64,000 nucleotides of DNA, from assembly GCA_013911655.1 (NCBI GenBank), contig JACESU010000002.1, positions 330,112-394,111 on the forward strand, given 5' to 3'. Shown in pieces: positions 18,168 through 28,659 of the stretch. Position 1 is the stretch's first letter. Every line of letters starts with the position of its first letter. The position numbers and the translations under genes were made by a program. A model generated the notes under the pieces. It was given only the letters and a program-made list of their open reading frames with translations. It searched no databases and had not been told where the DNA came from. The DNA comes from Alphaproteobacteria bacterium. Its GTDB lineage: Bacteria > Pseudomonadota > Alphaproteobacteria > Caedimonadales > UBA1908.

Positions 18168-18977
18168 TTATTGAACAGGGTAGAGGACAAAGACCATTGT
18201 CGTTTGGCGTCCGACATCTTTTTTGTTTGAGACGATATACTTGCAGCCTGTGAAAGCTTTACCATCTGTGCGTGTGGTAGATGCGCTTACAATGGCAGGT
18301 TTCTTCGTAGAGAAATACGGCCGTTTAGGGGCTTTTTTATCAAGAAGAGTGGCTGCTTCTGTGGCACTTTGATCAATGACATACCACATGTTTTTCTGGT
18401 CATCTGTCCAAGAGGGACCTGTGGGTTCATAAGAAGTTTTCGCGCCTTCTCCTTTGACGCGCTTTAGAAAACCTGGCCTTCTCTTAAAAGTAGGGCACGC
18501 AGCCATGTTAGCTGGTGCACTTGCCGCGTCTTTGACGGTTGCACTCTTTAATTTATCATGGGTTTCTTGGGAGAAAACAGCGGGTTTCGTTTTGCTGTCC
18601 GCGGTGGTCTCTTTAGCGGCAGGAGGTGTTACAACTTTTGCAGCATTAGCTGGTGCTGCAGAAGGAGCTCCTGGTGTTGCTTGAGCACTGCTTGCAGAAT
18701 TATGGGGCGTTGGCGTCGCAATGGCAGGGGGTGTGGCAGCAGGCGTTACGATTTTTGCAGCGTTAGCTGGTGCCATAGAAGGAGTTGCTTGTCCTGGCGT
18801 GACAATTTTGGCAGTTCCTGGGGATGTAGTTGGGGGCGTCCCTGGTTTTGTCGGTGCCTGAGCTGCAGGAGCCCCTGTTGTTTGCTTCATTTTATCTTGG
18901 GGTGCGGTGGTTGCCCATAAAAGGGTTGGGACTGCCATCAAGGAAAGGGTTAAAAGGGGGATATATCCTTTTTTCAT
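18168..18977 (-). CDS. Exported protein with a Pro/Ala/Thr-rich repeat linker and C-terminal WY[VI][VI]D-family domain (member A)
   Basis: Signal MKKGYIPLLTLSLMAVPTLLWA; repeats (APAN)AAK[IV]VTP; PSWTDDQKNMWYVID motif. Confidence 0.75.
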   Translation of the reverse strand: MKKGYIPLLTLSLMAVPTLLWATTAPQDKMKQTTGAPAAQAPTKPGTPPTTSPGTAKIVTPGQATPSMAPANAAKIVTPAATPPAIATPTPHNSASSAQATPGAPSAAPANAAKVVTPPAAKETTADSKTKPAVFSQETHDKLKSATVKDAASAPANMAACPTFKRRPGFLKRVKGEGAKTSYEPTGPSWTDDQKNMWYVIDQSATEAATLLDKKAPKRPYFSTKKPAIVSASTTRTDGKAFTGCKYIVSNKKDVGRQTTMVFVLYPVQ

Positions 18978-19091
18978 AAGAAACTCCTCTGTTATTATTC
19001 TTTTTATTTCCTACTTATTAGATCAAAGAAGAAACGAAGGGTCAATCCCCATAAGAAAAAAGGGGCAAAGACCCTTGCCCCCTTTTAAAGG

Positions 19092-19605
19092 TTATGAGAT
19101 TTTTCTATAAATGGTATAGGTTTCATAAGTATTTTTACTGACTGACGAAGGACTTTTGGCAGCGTACTGGTGCCCGATATAAAGGCGATCTTTAAAGGCG
19201 CTATTCTTTACAACATCCACATATCCAAAGGAAATCTTAGGCGTTGCTTCTCCTTCTACGGCAGGAGGGGCACTCCAGTTGGTCGTTGCAACGCGCCTTA
19301 AGGCAAAGGGATCTTCTGGATTCTGTTCATCGACCACATACCATTCTTGGCCAGCGTCGTCCCTCCAGATGGGCGCGATAGGGGCAAGAAGGCTTAAGAC
19401 CTCAGGTTCTGCCTCTTTAAAGGCACCTCGCACGTTACCTTTAGGTGGCGTATCAATATCTGCTTGTCTTGCTTCGTGCGGGGGCATGTGTGCTCTTAAG
19501 AAGGCATGACTGTTTATAGATGGCATCATCGAGACTGTCGCTTGCGTGGACGTCAGGGGTCAGACACATAAGAGAGAAAAGCACGGCCGTCAAAGAAAGC
19601 TTCAT
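19092..19605 (-). pseudogene. Frameshifted exported WY[VI][VI]D-family protein (member B)
   Basis: AGGAG RBS and ATG 19605 give MKLSLTAVLFSLMCLTPDVHASDSLDDAIY.. in a different frame from ORF 19092-19529 (PIWRDDAGQEWYVVDEQ). Removing one base gives 170 aa. Confidence 0.65.
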
Positions 19606-19806
19606 CGGGATTCTCCTGAATTAAGGTGTTGGTTCCATTAACCAAAAGGGATGCTCGCAGTAATGCATAGAGTCGTCAAGAGGGAACAGTTCCTGATCTA
19701 AAGGAGAGGTAAATAAGAGAATACCCCTTTGAGGACTCAAAGGAGATCTTCAAGGTGACTGAGTTGAAAGAGCGAGGGGTAGGATCACGTACCCCTCGAA
19801 AAGAAA

Positions 19807-20330
19807 TTAGCGTGTGACTGGATAGAGCGTGAAAAGCTCATAAGCGTTTTTGTAAGAAGCGCTTCCTTCGAAGCGTGCCATATACTGATGTCCAAAGTAG
19901 GGCGCTGCGTCAAAATCGTTGTTTTTGACGGGACCTGCATATTTAAACTTGATGATGCTGGCGTCTGCGGACGATCCACCGGATTGATTGAGGGGGGCTG
20001 TGCGTCGAAGGGCTGAAGGGATCAAGGGTACTTGTTCGTCAATGATATACCACTTATGTTCGAGGAGGTCTGTCCAGACGGGGTTCAGGAGCAAAAGAAG
20101 CCTGGGGTTCTGTTGTCCTTGTGCTTCTTGAAACGCGGTCTCTAGATTGCCTTGGGGGGGATTGTCATGCTCGCAAGAATTTGTTCTTGTGCATCCATAC
20201 TTGACCGTTGTAGGGGTGCGCCAGAGCGCAGTTTCGTGTATGTGGGATCATCCATGTTTGTATGACTGGCGTGAGCCAGAGAAGCAAAAAAGAAGAAAGA
20301 TAGCATCATGCGAGGCAAGAAAAAGTGCAT
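19807..20330 (-). pseudogene. Frameshifted exported WY[VI][VI]D-family protein (member C)
   Basis: ORF 20142-20330 (signal ..SLAHAS) and ORF 19807-20094 join if the G7 run at 20154-20160 becomes G8. The restored IPPQGNLETAFQEA matches member B TPPKGNVRGAFKEA; 174 aa. Confidence 0.75.
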
Positions 20331-20449
20331 CTAGATTCTCCGTAAGTTATCAGATGAATGGACCGTGAGGGAGATAATGCCAAAGAAATTAAAAAAATGT
20401 CAATAAGGTAAAGTCCTTGCCACGTATTCAGTGGCAAGGATTAGGAGTG

Positions 20450-23014
20450 TTATTTGATAATAAGGCCTTGGTCGCCCGCGTCCACCTGGATTTCGGTGCC
20501 AACGTTCCCTTCCAGGATAAGGGATGATAAGGGGTTTTGTAGGTGACGCTGTATCACACGCTTCAACGGCCTTGCCCCGTAAACGGGATCGTAGCCTTCG
20601 TGCCCTAGCCACGTTTTCGCGTCATCGCTAACCGACAGGTTGATTTGCTTTGCCTCAAGGAGGTTTCGCAGGTGCTCCAGTTGAATATCGACGATATGTG
20701 TCATATCTTGGGGTTGCAAGCGGTTAAAGAGCAAGATTTCGTCAATACGGTTAATGAATTCAGGCCGGAACGCTTGACGCACAAGGGCCATGACCCCCTC
20801 CCTTGCGGTTTCAGCACTTTCACCCACAGGAAGTTCGGACAAAAGGGTGCCACCAATGTTGGAGGTCATGATAATGAGAGTGTTAGAAAAGTTCACTGTA
20901 CGCCCCTGACCGTCCGTGAGTCGTCCATCATCAAGCACCTGCAGCAGCACATTGAAAACGTCAGGGTGCGCCTTTTCAATTTCGTCAAAAAGAACCACTT
21001 GATAGGGGCGACGTCTGACTGCCTCGGTCAGGGCCCCACCTTCCTCGTATCCCACATATCCAGGAGGGGCCCCAATGAGGCGCGAGACCGTATGCTTTTC
21101 CATATATTCCGACATATCGAGGCGCACCATGGCGTGATCATCGCTGAAAAGGAACTCGGCAAGGGCCTTGGTGAGCTCTGTCTTGCCCACACCCGTGGGG
21201 CCTAAGAACAAAAACGAACCCAAGGGGCGTCTTGGATCTTGAAGACCGGCGCGTGCGCGCCTCACGGCTTGGGAGATCGCCTCGATGGCAAGGCGTTGCC
21301 CCACAACGCGCTTTTCAAGGTAATCCTCCATATGAAGGAGCTTTTCACGCTCACCTTCCAGCATTTTGTCAACGGGCACACCGGTCCACCGGGACACAAT
21401 GGCCGCGACGTCTGCGTCTGTGACTTCTTCTTGCACAAGGCGCGATCCGCTTCCTTCTTCTTGTTTTTTAAGCTTTTCCTGAAGCGACGGAATGACGCCA
21501 TACAAAAGCTCGCCCGCCCGGGCAAGGTGTCCTTCGCGCTGGGCAATCTCAAGCTCGTTACGGGCTTGGTCTAGTTGTTCTTTCAGACGTTGGGCACCCG
21601 ATAGGGTTTCTTTTTCGGCAAGCCACGCAGCTGTCAGGCCCTTGGCTTTTTCTTCAAGCTCTTCAAGTTCTTCCTCTAGGTCTTCTAGGCGCCGCTTCGA
21701 GTCAGGATCATTTTCTTTTTTAAGGGCCTCTTTTTCGATCTTGAGCTGAATAATGCGCCGGTCAAGCTCGTCAATATCTTCGGGTTTAGAGTCCACCTGC
21801 ATGCGAAGGCGGCTTGCGGCCTCGTCAATAAGATCAATGGCTTTGTCTGGTAAAAAGCGGTCGGTGATATAGCGCTGGGATAGCGTTGCCGCTGCTACAA
21901 TGGCCCCGTCCGTGATGCGAATGCCGTGGTGGAGCTCGTACTTTTCTTTCAGGCCACGCAGGATCGAAATGGTGTCGGGAAGCGTAGGTTCTGCTACAAA
22001 AACAGGCTGGAAGCGTCTGGCAAGGGCGGCATCTTTTTCAATATATTGACGGTATTCGTCAAGGGTTGTGGCGCCGACACAGTGAAGCTCACCGCGGGCA
22101 AGGGCAGGCTTGAGCATGTTCGAGGCGTCCATGGCACCGTCGGCCTTTCCAGCCCCCACCAAGGTATGGAGCTCGTCAATAAAAAGGATAATGGTCCCTG
22201 CTGCACTCGATATTTCTTGAAGCACGGCCTTGAGGCGTTCTTCAAACTCGCCCCGGTATTTAGCGCCCGCAATCAGCGCCCCAAGGTCAAGAGCCATCAG
22301 CTCTGTTCCCCGCAGGGATTCAGGCACGTCTTCTTTGATGATACGCGTTGCAAGCCCCTCAAGGATGGCAGTCTTTCCAACACCTGGCTCGCCAATGAGG
22401 ACAGGGTTATTTTTTGTGCGGCGCGATAAAACCTGGATAGTTCGTCTTATTTCTTCGTCCCGGCCAATAACGGGATCAAGCTTTCCTTCGCGCGCCAGCG
22501 CCGTCAAGTTCCTGGCATATTTTTCAAGGGCTTGATAGTTGTCTTCGGCGCCGGCCGAATCAGCCTTTCGGCCTTTTCGGACTTGATCAATGGCGGCTTG
22601 AAGTTTTGACGCGCTCACACCTACTTTGCTGAGTGCGTCCGCAGCCGGGGTGCCGGTGGTCAAGACTAAGCCTTGGAGCAGACGCTCGAGGGTCACAAAC
22701 TGATCCCCGTTATCGCTTGCCAATTTTTCGGCACGCTCGAGCACTTTATGAATATGGGGATCAAGATAAAGCTGACCTGCGCCAGCGCCTTCTACCTTTG
22801 GCAGCTTATCAAGGGCCTCTGCCACCAGGCGTGCAAGGGTGGGGATGTCCGCCTGCATGAGGCGAAGAAGGCCGCTGACTGGGCTCTGGGTGTCCTCAAG
22901 AAGGGCGGCTAGCAAATGCTCGGGCGTCAGGCGCTGATGCGTGTGTCTTGTGGTCAGCGTTTGGGCATTTTGCAAGATTTCTTTCGTTTTGTCGGAATAA
23001 CGAGACAGATCCAT
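20450..23014 (-). CDS. clpB: ATP-dependent chaperone ClpB
   Basis: Two AAA+ domains ([16 protein letters not shown]), coiled-coil middle domain, [13 protein letters not shown]; start ATG 23014. Confidence 0.97.
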   Translation of the reverse strand: MDLSRYSDKTKEILQNAQTLTTRHTHQRLTPEHLLAALLEDTQSPVSGLLRLMQADIPTLARLVAEALDKLPKVEGAGAGQLYLDPHIHKVLERAEKLASDNGDQFVTLERLLQGLVLTTGTPAADALSKVGVSASKLQAAIDQVRKGRKADSAGAEDNYQALEKYARNLTALAREGKLDPVIGRDEEIRRTIQVLSRRTKNNPVLIGEPGVGKTAILEGLATRIIKEDVPESLRGTELMALDLGALIAGAKYRGEFEERLKAVLQEISSAAGTIILFIDELHTLVGAGKADGAMDASNMLKPALARGELHCVGATTLDEYRQYIEKDAALARRFQPVFVAEPTLPDTISILRGLKEKYELHHGIRITDGAIVAAATLSQRYITDRFLPDKAIDLIDEAASRLRMQVDSKPEDIDELDRRIIQLKIEKEALKKENDPDSKRRLEDLEEELEELEEKAKGLTAAWLAEKETLSGAQRLKEQLDQARNELEIAQREGHLARAGELLYGVIPSLQEKLKKQEEGSGSRLVQEEVTDADVAAIVSRWTGVPVDKMLEGEREKLLHMEDYLEKRVVGQRLAIEAISQAVRRARAGLQDPRRPLGSFLFLGPTGVGKTELTKALAEFLFSDDHAMVRLDMSEYMEKHTVSRLIGAPPGYVGYEEGGALTEAVRRRPYQVVLFDEIEKAHPDVFNVLLQVLDDGRLTDGQGRTVNFSNTLIIMTSNIGGTLLSELPVGESAETAREGVMALVRQAFRPEFINRIDEILLFNRLQPQDMTHIVDIQLEHLRNLLEAKQINLSVSDDAKTWLGHEGYDPVYGARPLKRVIQRHLQNPLSSLILEGNVGTEIQVDAGDQGLIIK

Positions 23015-23046
23015 TTTTTCCCCTCCAAAGTAGAACAAGCTCTCTT

Positions 23047-23075
23047 GTTATGGTATACCAAAGAGGATTTCAAAG
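23047..23075 (-). promoter_or_regulatory. Possible RpoH (sigma32) promoter of clpB
   Basis: Minus strand TTTGAA-N15-CCATAAC resembles the heat-shock consensus CTTGAA..CCCCAT/CCTATAT. Confidence 0.35.
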
Positions 23076-23117
23076 AGGCAATAAGTTTTGATAAAGAAAG
23101 ACCAAGAAAGGAAACGC

Positions 23118-24140
23118 ATGGCGGGTAAATGGGTCGGTGGACGCGCTTTTGAAAAGGGGCTTTGGGTATGTCTTGTGATGGTCTTTGTCATGATTATCCT
23201 GGGCGGGGTGACGCGTCTGACGGGCTCGGGCCTTTCCATTGTTGAATGGAAATTGGTGACGGGGGTACTGCCACCCTTGAGTGATACCGATTGGCGACTT
23301 TTGTTTGATGAATATAAAACATCCCCTCAATTCCAAAAGATCAACTACGCCATGAACCTTGATGCCTTTAAGGGCATCTTTTGGCTTGAGTTCATTCACC
23401 GGTTTTGGGGGAGATTGTTGGGGCTTATGTTTTTGTGGCCGCTTTCCTTGTGTTTCATTCACAGTACACTTCTTCCCTACAAAACCCGACTTGTGACAAC
23501 CTTTGTGCTGGGTGGCCTTCAGGGCGTTCTTGGATGGTATATGGTCAAAAGCGGCCTTGTGGATCATCCCGAAGTCAGCCACTACCGTCTTGCCGCTCAT
23601 TTTCTGATAGGGGTTTTAACGTACGGCCTTATTTTATGGACGCTCGTGGAGGTCAAGCTTTTGCGAGGTGATTTTTCGGCGTTTGCTTTTCCCCGTATTC
23701 CCTTATGGGGGCTTTTGGGTATTTTGGGCGTGACGTTTTGTTACGGCGCTTTGACCGCCGGCCTTAAGGGGGGGCTTGCCTATGACACGTTTCCCCTGGT
23801 GGCGGGTGCTTGGCTTCCCACGGAGTTTAACCAAACCCCCTTTAACATGCTTACCCTTTTGGACGCCCCGGGGGCTGTTCAGTGGATTCACCGAACCTTA
23901 GGGGTGCTGACTGTTGGGGGACTTGCTTGGCTTCTTGGTTACGCAAAAAATATGACAAAAGGGCGGCGTATGCTGATCTATACCCTGTTTGGATTAGGGC
24001 TTTTGCAAATGATGCTAGGGATTGCAACGATTGTGAGCCACGTGAACATCACGCTAGCAGCCCTTCATCAGGGGATTGCGCTTTTAATTTTAAGCGGCGT
24101 TATCACCCTTTTGGTCCTGACAAAACCTCATAAGATCTAA
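23118..24140 (+). CDS. ctaA: Heme A synthase (COX15/CtaA)
   Basis: GGVTRLTGSGLSI.EW, EFIHRFWGR, GWYMVKSGL, VSHYRLAAH. Confidence 0.95.
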   Translation: MAGKWVGGRAFEKGLWVCLVMVFVMIILGGVTRLTGSGLSIVEWKLVTGVLPPLSDTDWRLLFDEYKTSPQFQKINYAMNLDAFKGIFWLEFIHRFWGRLLGLMFLWPLSLCFIHSTLLPYKTRLVTTFVLGGLQGVLGWYMVKSGLVDHPEVSHYRLAAHFLIGVLTYGLILWTLVEVKLLRGDFSAFAFPRIPLWGLLGILGVTFCYGALTAGLKGGLAYDTFPLVAGAWLPTEFNQTPFNMLTLLDAPGAVQWIHRTLGVLTVGGLAWLLGYAKNMTKGRRMLIYTLFGLGLLQMMLGIATIVSHVNITLAALHQGIALLILSGVITLLVLTKPHKI

Positions 24141-24168
24141 AAAAGAGGGAGGGGTTCCCTCCCGTCAA

Positions 24169-25353
24169 TTAGGCTTTGAGGGCGGCAACCCCTGGCAGGG
24201 TTTTACCCTCTAGGTATTCAAGGAAAGCCCCTCCCGCCAAAGACAGATAGCTAAATAGGGGGGCCGCCCCGGCCGATGTAATCGCGGCAACGGTTTCACC
24301 GCCCCCTGCAATGGAAAAGACTTGTCCTTTTTGTGTAAGGCTTCCCACGTGCTGGGCAAGCTTTGCGGTCCCCTCGTGAAAAGGCGCGACCTCAAAAACG
24401 CCCATGGGGCCGTTCCACACGATAGTCTGGCAGGTATCAAGAATCTCTTGAATCAAGGTGACGGTTTGAGGGCCAATATCAAAAATCTTTTCCGCCGGCG
24501 TGATGGGGTCTAGGGTCGTTGTATGGGGATTTCCGCCGTCCAAGGTTTTAGCGACCACCGCGTCCCGCGGCAAGACGATACGACAATCTTGCAAGGGAGC
24601 TTTTTCAAGGATTTGCTGGGCTGTGTGAATCATGTCTTCTTCCACAAGAGAGCTTCCGATGGGATAGCCCTGAGCGCGCAGGAACGTGTTAGCAATACCG
24701 CCCCCCAAAATTAAAAAGTCGACCTTAGGCAGCAAGTTTTCAAGAAGGGCAAGCTTTGTCGAGATCTTCGAACCTGCCACGAGGGCCGCCACAGGAAGCT
24801 TTGGGTGGGTGAGGGCTTTGGCAACGGCCTCGACCTCTTGTAAAAGGCAAGCACCTGCCGCACTGGGAAGGTGTTTGGTGATGCCTTGCACGGATGCGTG
24901 GGCACGGTGGGAAATGGAAAAGCTGTCGTTAATGTAAACGTCCCCTAAAAGCGCAAGTTCTTTGGCAAAGGCTGGATCATTTTTTTCCTCACCTGCATGG
25001 AAGCGAAGGTTTTCCACGAGCAGGATTTCGCCGTCCTGCAGATGCTGGGTCGTGGCCACGCTGGAGGGCGAAACCCCGTCGGGCGCAAAAAGCACAGAGC
25101 CTTCGAAAATCTCCTCCAAAGTTGGCTGTAAAAAGGCGGTCGAAAAAAGGGGGTCACGTCCCTTGGGTCGGCCAAAGTGGGTAAGAAGAATCACCTTACC
25201 GCCGCGCGCTTGGACGTCCCTCACGGTGGGTAGTGCGGCGCGAAGGCGCGTATCGTCCAGGATCTTGCCGTCTTTGACGGGCACATTGAAGTCGACTCTG
25301 ATTAAAACTCTTTTGCCTTGAACGTCGAGGGTGTGGTAGCTCTTAAGGGTCAT
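24169..25353 (-). CDS. pgk: Phosphoglycerate kinase
   Basis: RVDFNVP, HFGRPKG, ENLRF, VWNGPMGVFE, GGAFLEYLEG. Confidence 0.97.
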   Translation of the reverse strand: MTLKSYHTLDVQGKRVLIRVDFNVPVKDGKILDDTRLRAALPTVRDVQARGGKVILLTHFGRPKGRDPLFSTAFLQPTLEEIFEGSVLFAPDGVSPSSVATTQHLQDGEILLVENLRFHAGEEKNDPAFAKELALLGDVYINDSFSISHRAHASVQGITKHLPSAAGACLLQEVEAVAKALTHPKLPVAALVAGSKISTKLALLENLLPKVDFLILGGGIANTFLRAQGYPIGSSLVEEDMIHTAQQILEKAPLQDCRIVLPRDAVVAKTLDGGNPHTTTLDPITPAEKIFDIGPQTVTLIQEILDTCQTIVWNGPMGVFEVAPFHEGTAKLAQHVGSLTQKGQVFSIAGGGETVAAITSAGAAPLFSYLSLAGGAFLEYLEGKTLPGVAALKA

Positions 25354-25429
25354 GATGTGCCTCTTGTCTGCGGATATGATCCTAGGTTGCAGGAGAAAGA
25401 TGCGTTCTTTTTAACACGGGATTTACCCC

Positions 25430-28400
25430 ATGCCCACACTCCATTTAGGATTTGGTCTAGAATTTCAGGATCTTTATGATCCCAAAGGTGTCGCGCGCGT
25501 TGACGAGATTTTTGGGGCGTGGCTGCAAGATAAGGGCGCCGCTCTTTACGGGGATCTTATGCAAGGACGCCGCGACCCTTTAAGTCTTTCCCCCAAGGCC
25601 TACAGCGATTTTCTGGTAAGGGCCGCCCCCCATGTGGCTCGCTTTGTGGGCGAGCTTTTTGGCGTACAAGGGGCATGCAATACCGATCATGCCGATCACG
25701 CCAAGCACGCGGCCCTAGGCGAGTTTCGGCGTCTTTTTTTGCAGAAATATGTGGCCCCGCGCCTGAGCGGGGCAGAAATAACGCCGCGCCTCGATGAGGA
25801 ACTTGACCGCCTGGAGGACACCCAGCTTGCAGCGCGCTGCCTGGAGGCCTTGAAAACCCAGGACGCGCTAGCGTTGGCACGACTTGCCGCCCACGGCGCC
25901 GCCCGTCTTTTAACGGCAGAAGATCGCCGTGACCGCCTTTTTATGCTGGCGCGCCCCCAAGATTTTGCGCGTCTTCTAAAGACTAACCAACACAAGAATA
26001 CCCTTTACGTAGAGGACGCACGCCTTCACCCTCGTGACGGGTTTTCTTATGCCCACAAAGGATTTGGGACAACAGATGCGTTCTTGGAGGCGTCGTATTG
26101 CCTACACTGTCACGCGCGGGAAAAAGATTCGTGCTCGAAAGGGATGCAAGGAGCCCAGGGAGAGACGCTAAAAAATCCCTTGGGTGTTTCCTTATCAGGA
26201 TGCCCTTTGGGCCAAAAGATTTCTGAAATGGCGTGGCTTCGGGCGCGTGGTGAGACGCTTGGCGCCCTTATTGTTGCATGTCTGGATAACCCTCTATTGG
26301 CGGCAACGGGTGATCGGATTTGTCAGGACTGTGTTCAAGCATGCCTTTTTCAAAAGCAAACGCCTGTCCAAATCCCTGCCCTTGAAAGCGCTATTTTAGA
26401 TGACGTTTTGAATGGTGAGTGGGGTTTTGAGATTTATAGCCTTCTGACCAGATGGTCACCCCTTTCCCGGTTTTCGTGGGTGCCAAAGGCGGCGTCGGGG
26501 CGCAGCGTGCTTATTGCTGGGATGGGGCCTGCGGGGTTTACCCTTGCTCACCATTTGCTGCGCATGGGACACCACGTGGTGGGCGCAGAGGGGTTAAAAG
26601 TCAGCGTGCTTCCGTCGTCATTAACGGGTAAAGGAACGGACAGGACGCACGCGCCTTTCGCGCCTATTTACCGGGTAAAAGACGCGCTTTATGAAGACAT
26701 GGACACCAGAGCCCCCCAAGGTTTTGGCGGCGTGTGTGAATACGGCATTACGGCGCGGTGGGACAAAAACCGCTTGACCCTGATCAGGCTCTTACTCGAG
26801 CGGCAAGAGCGCTTTATGCTTGTGTCTTCGTTCCGGGTGGGAAGCCAGATGTCGGTTGAAGACGCCCTTCAGATGGGTTTTGATCATGTGGCCCTGTGTG
26901 CGGGGGCCGGTGCCCCCCACAGCCCAGACGTGCCAGGGGTGGGCCTTGGCGGGGTGCGCACGGCCGCTGATTTTCTCATGACCCTTCAGATGGGAGGGAC
27001 TTTTTCTAAAAAAAGCCTCAGTGCCTTTCAAGTGACATTGCCACTATACGTGGTGGGCGGGGGCCTGACTGCCCTAGACGCTGCAACCGAGGCGCTGGCC
27101 TATTATCCCCGCCAGGTGGAAAAGATCGCTTTGTGGTACAAGGATCTTTGCAAAGAAAAAGGGCAAGAAGCCGTTCATGCCTCTTTTAGCGTAAAAGATC
27201 TTGCCAGCCTTAAAACCTTCCTCATGCACGCCAGCGACATAGAGGACGCGCGCCGTGCGGCGGCACATACGGGGTGTCTCCCGTCCTTCGCCCCTCTTAT
27301 CAGGAAATGGGGCGGGGTGCATGTGCTGTACCGCAAAGACCATCAAGCCTCTCCCTCGTACCGCATAAGTGCCCCTGAGATGCAGGCAGCCATGGAGGAA
27401 GGGGTCATCTTTCACGAAAACGTGTCAGTGTTAGCATTCCAAGGGGACGCAGAAAATCAAGTGACAGGCATTCTTGTGCAGGATCACCTAGGCAAGCGCA
27501 CCCTTTTGGCCAAAAGCGTTCTCTATGCCCTTGGCACGGGACGTGCAGAAGTTGAAGGGGTGGGGGCTGAGTCTTCGCAGGTGACAAGATACGGTGACAT
27601 GGATTCCCAGTTTGCGGGGAGTGTTGTCAAAGCGATGGCCAGTGCGACCTTGGGGGCTGGACGATTGGATCAGATGCTAGCGCGCATTCCGCCCCGTGAT
27701 CTGGGGGCAACGTTGTTCAAGGAAATCAGGGCGGCTTCAAAGACGACGGTGACGGCGCATAAGGTGCTGGCTCCCGGTATTGTGTCCCTAAGCGTGCACG
27801 CCCCGGCCGCCGCGCGGGCCTTTGAACCTGGTCAGTTTTATAGGCTTCAAACTGGAGACGGGACGCAGGCGCCCTGTGAAGCTGTGGCCCTCACAGGGGC
27901 AAAAGTCGATAAAGACGCTGGGATTCTCGAGCTGATTATTCTCGAAAGTGGCGTGTCTTCACGCCTGTGTACCCGTCTTAAGGTCGGGGACTCAGTGTCC
28001 CTCATGGGGCCAAGCGGCGCGCCCACCTGGATCCCGTCTCAAAAGAAAGCTCTTCTCGTGGGGGGCGGACTTGGTAATGCCGTTTTATTTAGTATTGGCA
28101 AGGCGCTTCGCCGTCAGGGGTGCGAAGTTGTTTACTGTGCGGGCTACCGGACAAGGGACGCTCTTTTTTATCAAGAAGAAATTGAAGAAGGCGCAAGCCG
28201 TGTCCTCTGGACGGTAGACGCGGGGCCACTCATCGAGGCACGCAGGCCCCAGGATAGCACGGACAACGGATCGGTCATTGACGCGCTTTACCGTCTTCAA
28301 GATGAGAAGACCTTTGTGCCAGATTTTTTGCTGACCATTGGATCTGCGGCCATGATGGCGGCTGTCCAAGAGGCCACACGTACAAGTTTTTTTAAAGAAA

Positions 28401-28654
28401 CGCGCCAAATAGCCAGTGTGAACGCGCCTATGAACTGTATGATGAAGGGCATTTGCGCGCAGTGCGTGCAGGTTGGCCGTGATCCAGTGACCGGCAAGGA
28501 GTACACCTTTCTTGCTTGCGTTGATCAAGATCATCCTTTACAACAAGTTGATTTTGACTTGTTAAAAGCACGGCTTCAACAAAATCATATGCAAGAAACA
28601 TTAACCGATCTTTGGTTGCAAGGGTGTACAGCCACCCCTTGTCAGGAGTTATAA
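25430..28654 (+). CDS. Fused GltD-like Fe-S flavoprotein and PyrK/ferredoxin-NADP reductase-like oxidoreductase
   Basis: Fe-S cysteines YCLHCH..DSC, GCP, RICQDC..AC; GMGPAG; VVGGGLT; C-terminal VGGGLGNA and CMMKGICAQC. Confidence 0.8.
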   Translation: MPTLHLGFGLEFQDLYDPKGVARVDEIFGAWLQDKGAALYGDLMQGRRDPLSLSPKAYSDFLVRAAPHVARFVGELFGVQGACNTDHADHAKHAALGEFRRLFLQKYVAPRLSGAEITPRLDEELDRLEDTQLAARCLEALKTQDALALARLAAHGAARLLTAEDRRDRLFMLARPQDFARLLKTNQHKNTLYVEDARLHPRDGFSYAHKGFGTTDAFLEASYCLHCHAREKDSCSKGMQGAQGETLKNPLGVSLSGCPLGQKISEMAWLRARGETLGALIVACLDNPLLAATGDRICQDCVQACLFQKQTPVQIPALESAILDDVLNGEWGFEIYSLLTRWSPLSRFSWVPKAASGRSVLIAGMGPAGFTLAHHLLRMGHHVVGAEGLKVSVLPSSLTGKGTDRTHAPFAPIYRVKDALYEDMDTRAPQGFGGVCEYGITARWDKNRLTLIRLLLERQERFMLVSSFRVGSQMSVEDALQMGFDHVALCAGAGAPHSPDVPGVGLGGVRTAADFLMTLQMGGTFSKKSLSAFQVTLPLYVVGGGLTALDAATEALAYYPRQVEKIALWYKDLCKEKGQEAVHASFSVKDLASLKTFLMHASDIEDARRAAAHTGCLPSFAPLIRKWGGVHVLYRKDHQASPSYRISAPEMQAAMEEGVIFHENVSVLAFQGDAENQVTGILVQDHLGKRTLLAKSVLYALGTGRAEVEGVGAESSQVTRYGDMDSQFAGSVVKAMASATLGAGRLDQMLARIPPRDLGATLFKEIRAASKTTVTAHKVLAPGIVSLSVHAPAAARAFEPGQFYRLQTGDGTQAPCEAVALTGAKVDKDAGILELIILESGVSSRLCTRLKVGDSVSLMGPSGAPTWIPSQKKALLVGGGLGNAVLFSIGKALRRQGCEVVYCAGYRTRDALFYQEEIEEGASRVLWTVDAGPLIEARRPQDSTDNGSVIDALYRLQDEKTFVPDFLLTIGSAAMMAAVQEATRTSFFKETRQIASVNAPMNCMMKGICAQCVQVGRDPVTGKEYTFLACVDQDHPLQQVDFDLLKARLQQNHMQETLTDLWLQGCTATPCQEL

Positions 28655-28659
28655 AAATT

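Noticed and set aside
20450-23014. Clp ATPase as T6SS ClpV/TssH
   Set aside because: It has the full ClpB middle coiled-coil and the canonical GYVGYEEGG, and lies 21 kb from the tss genes
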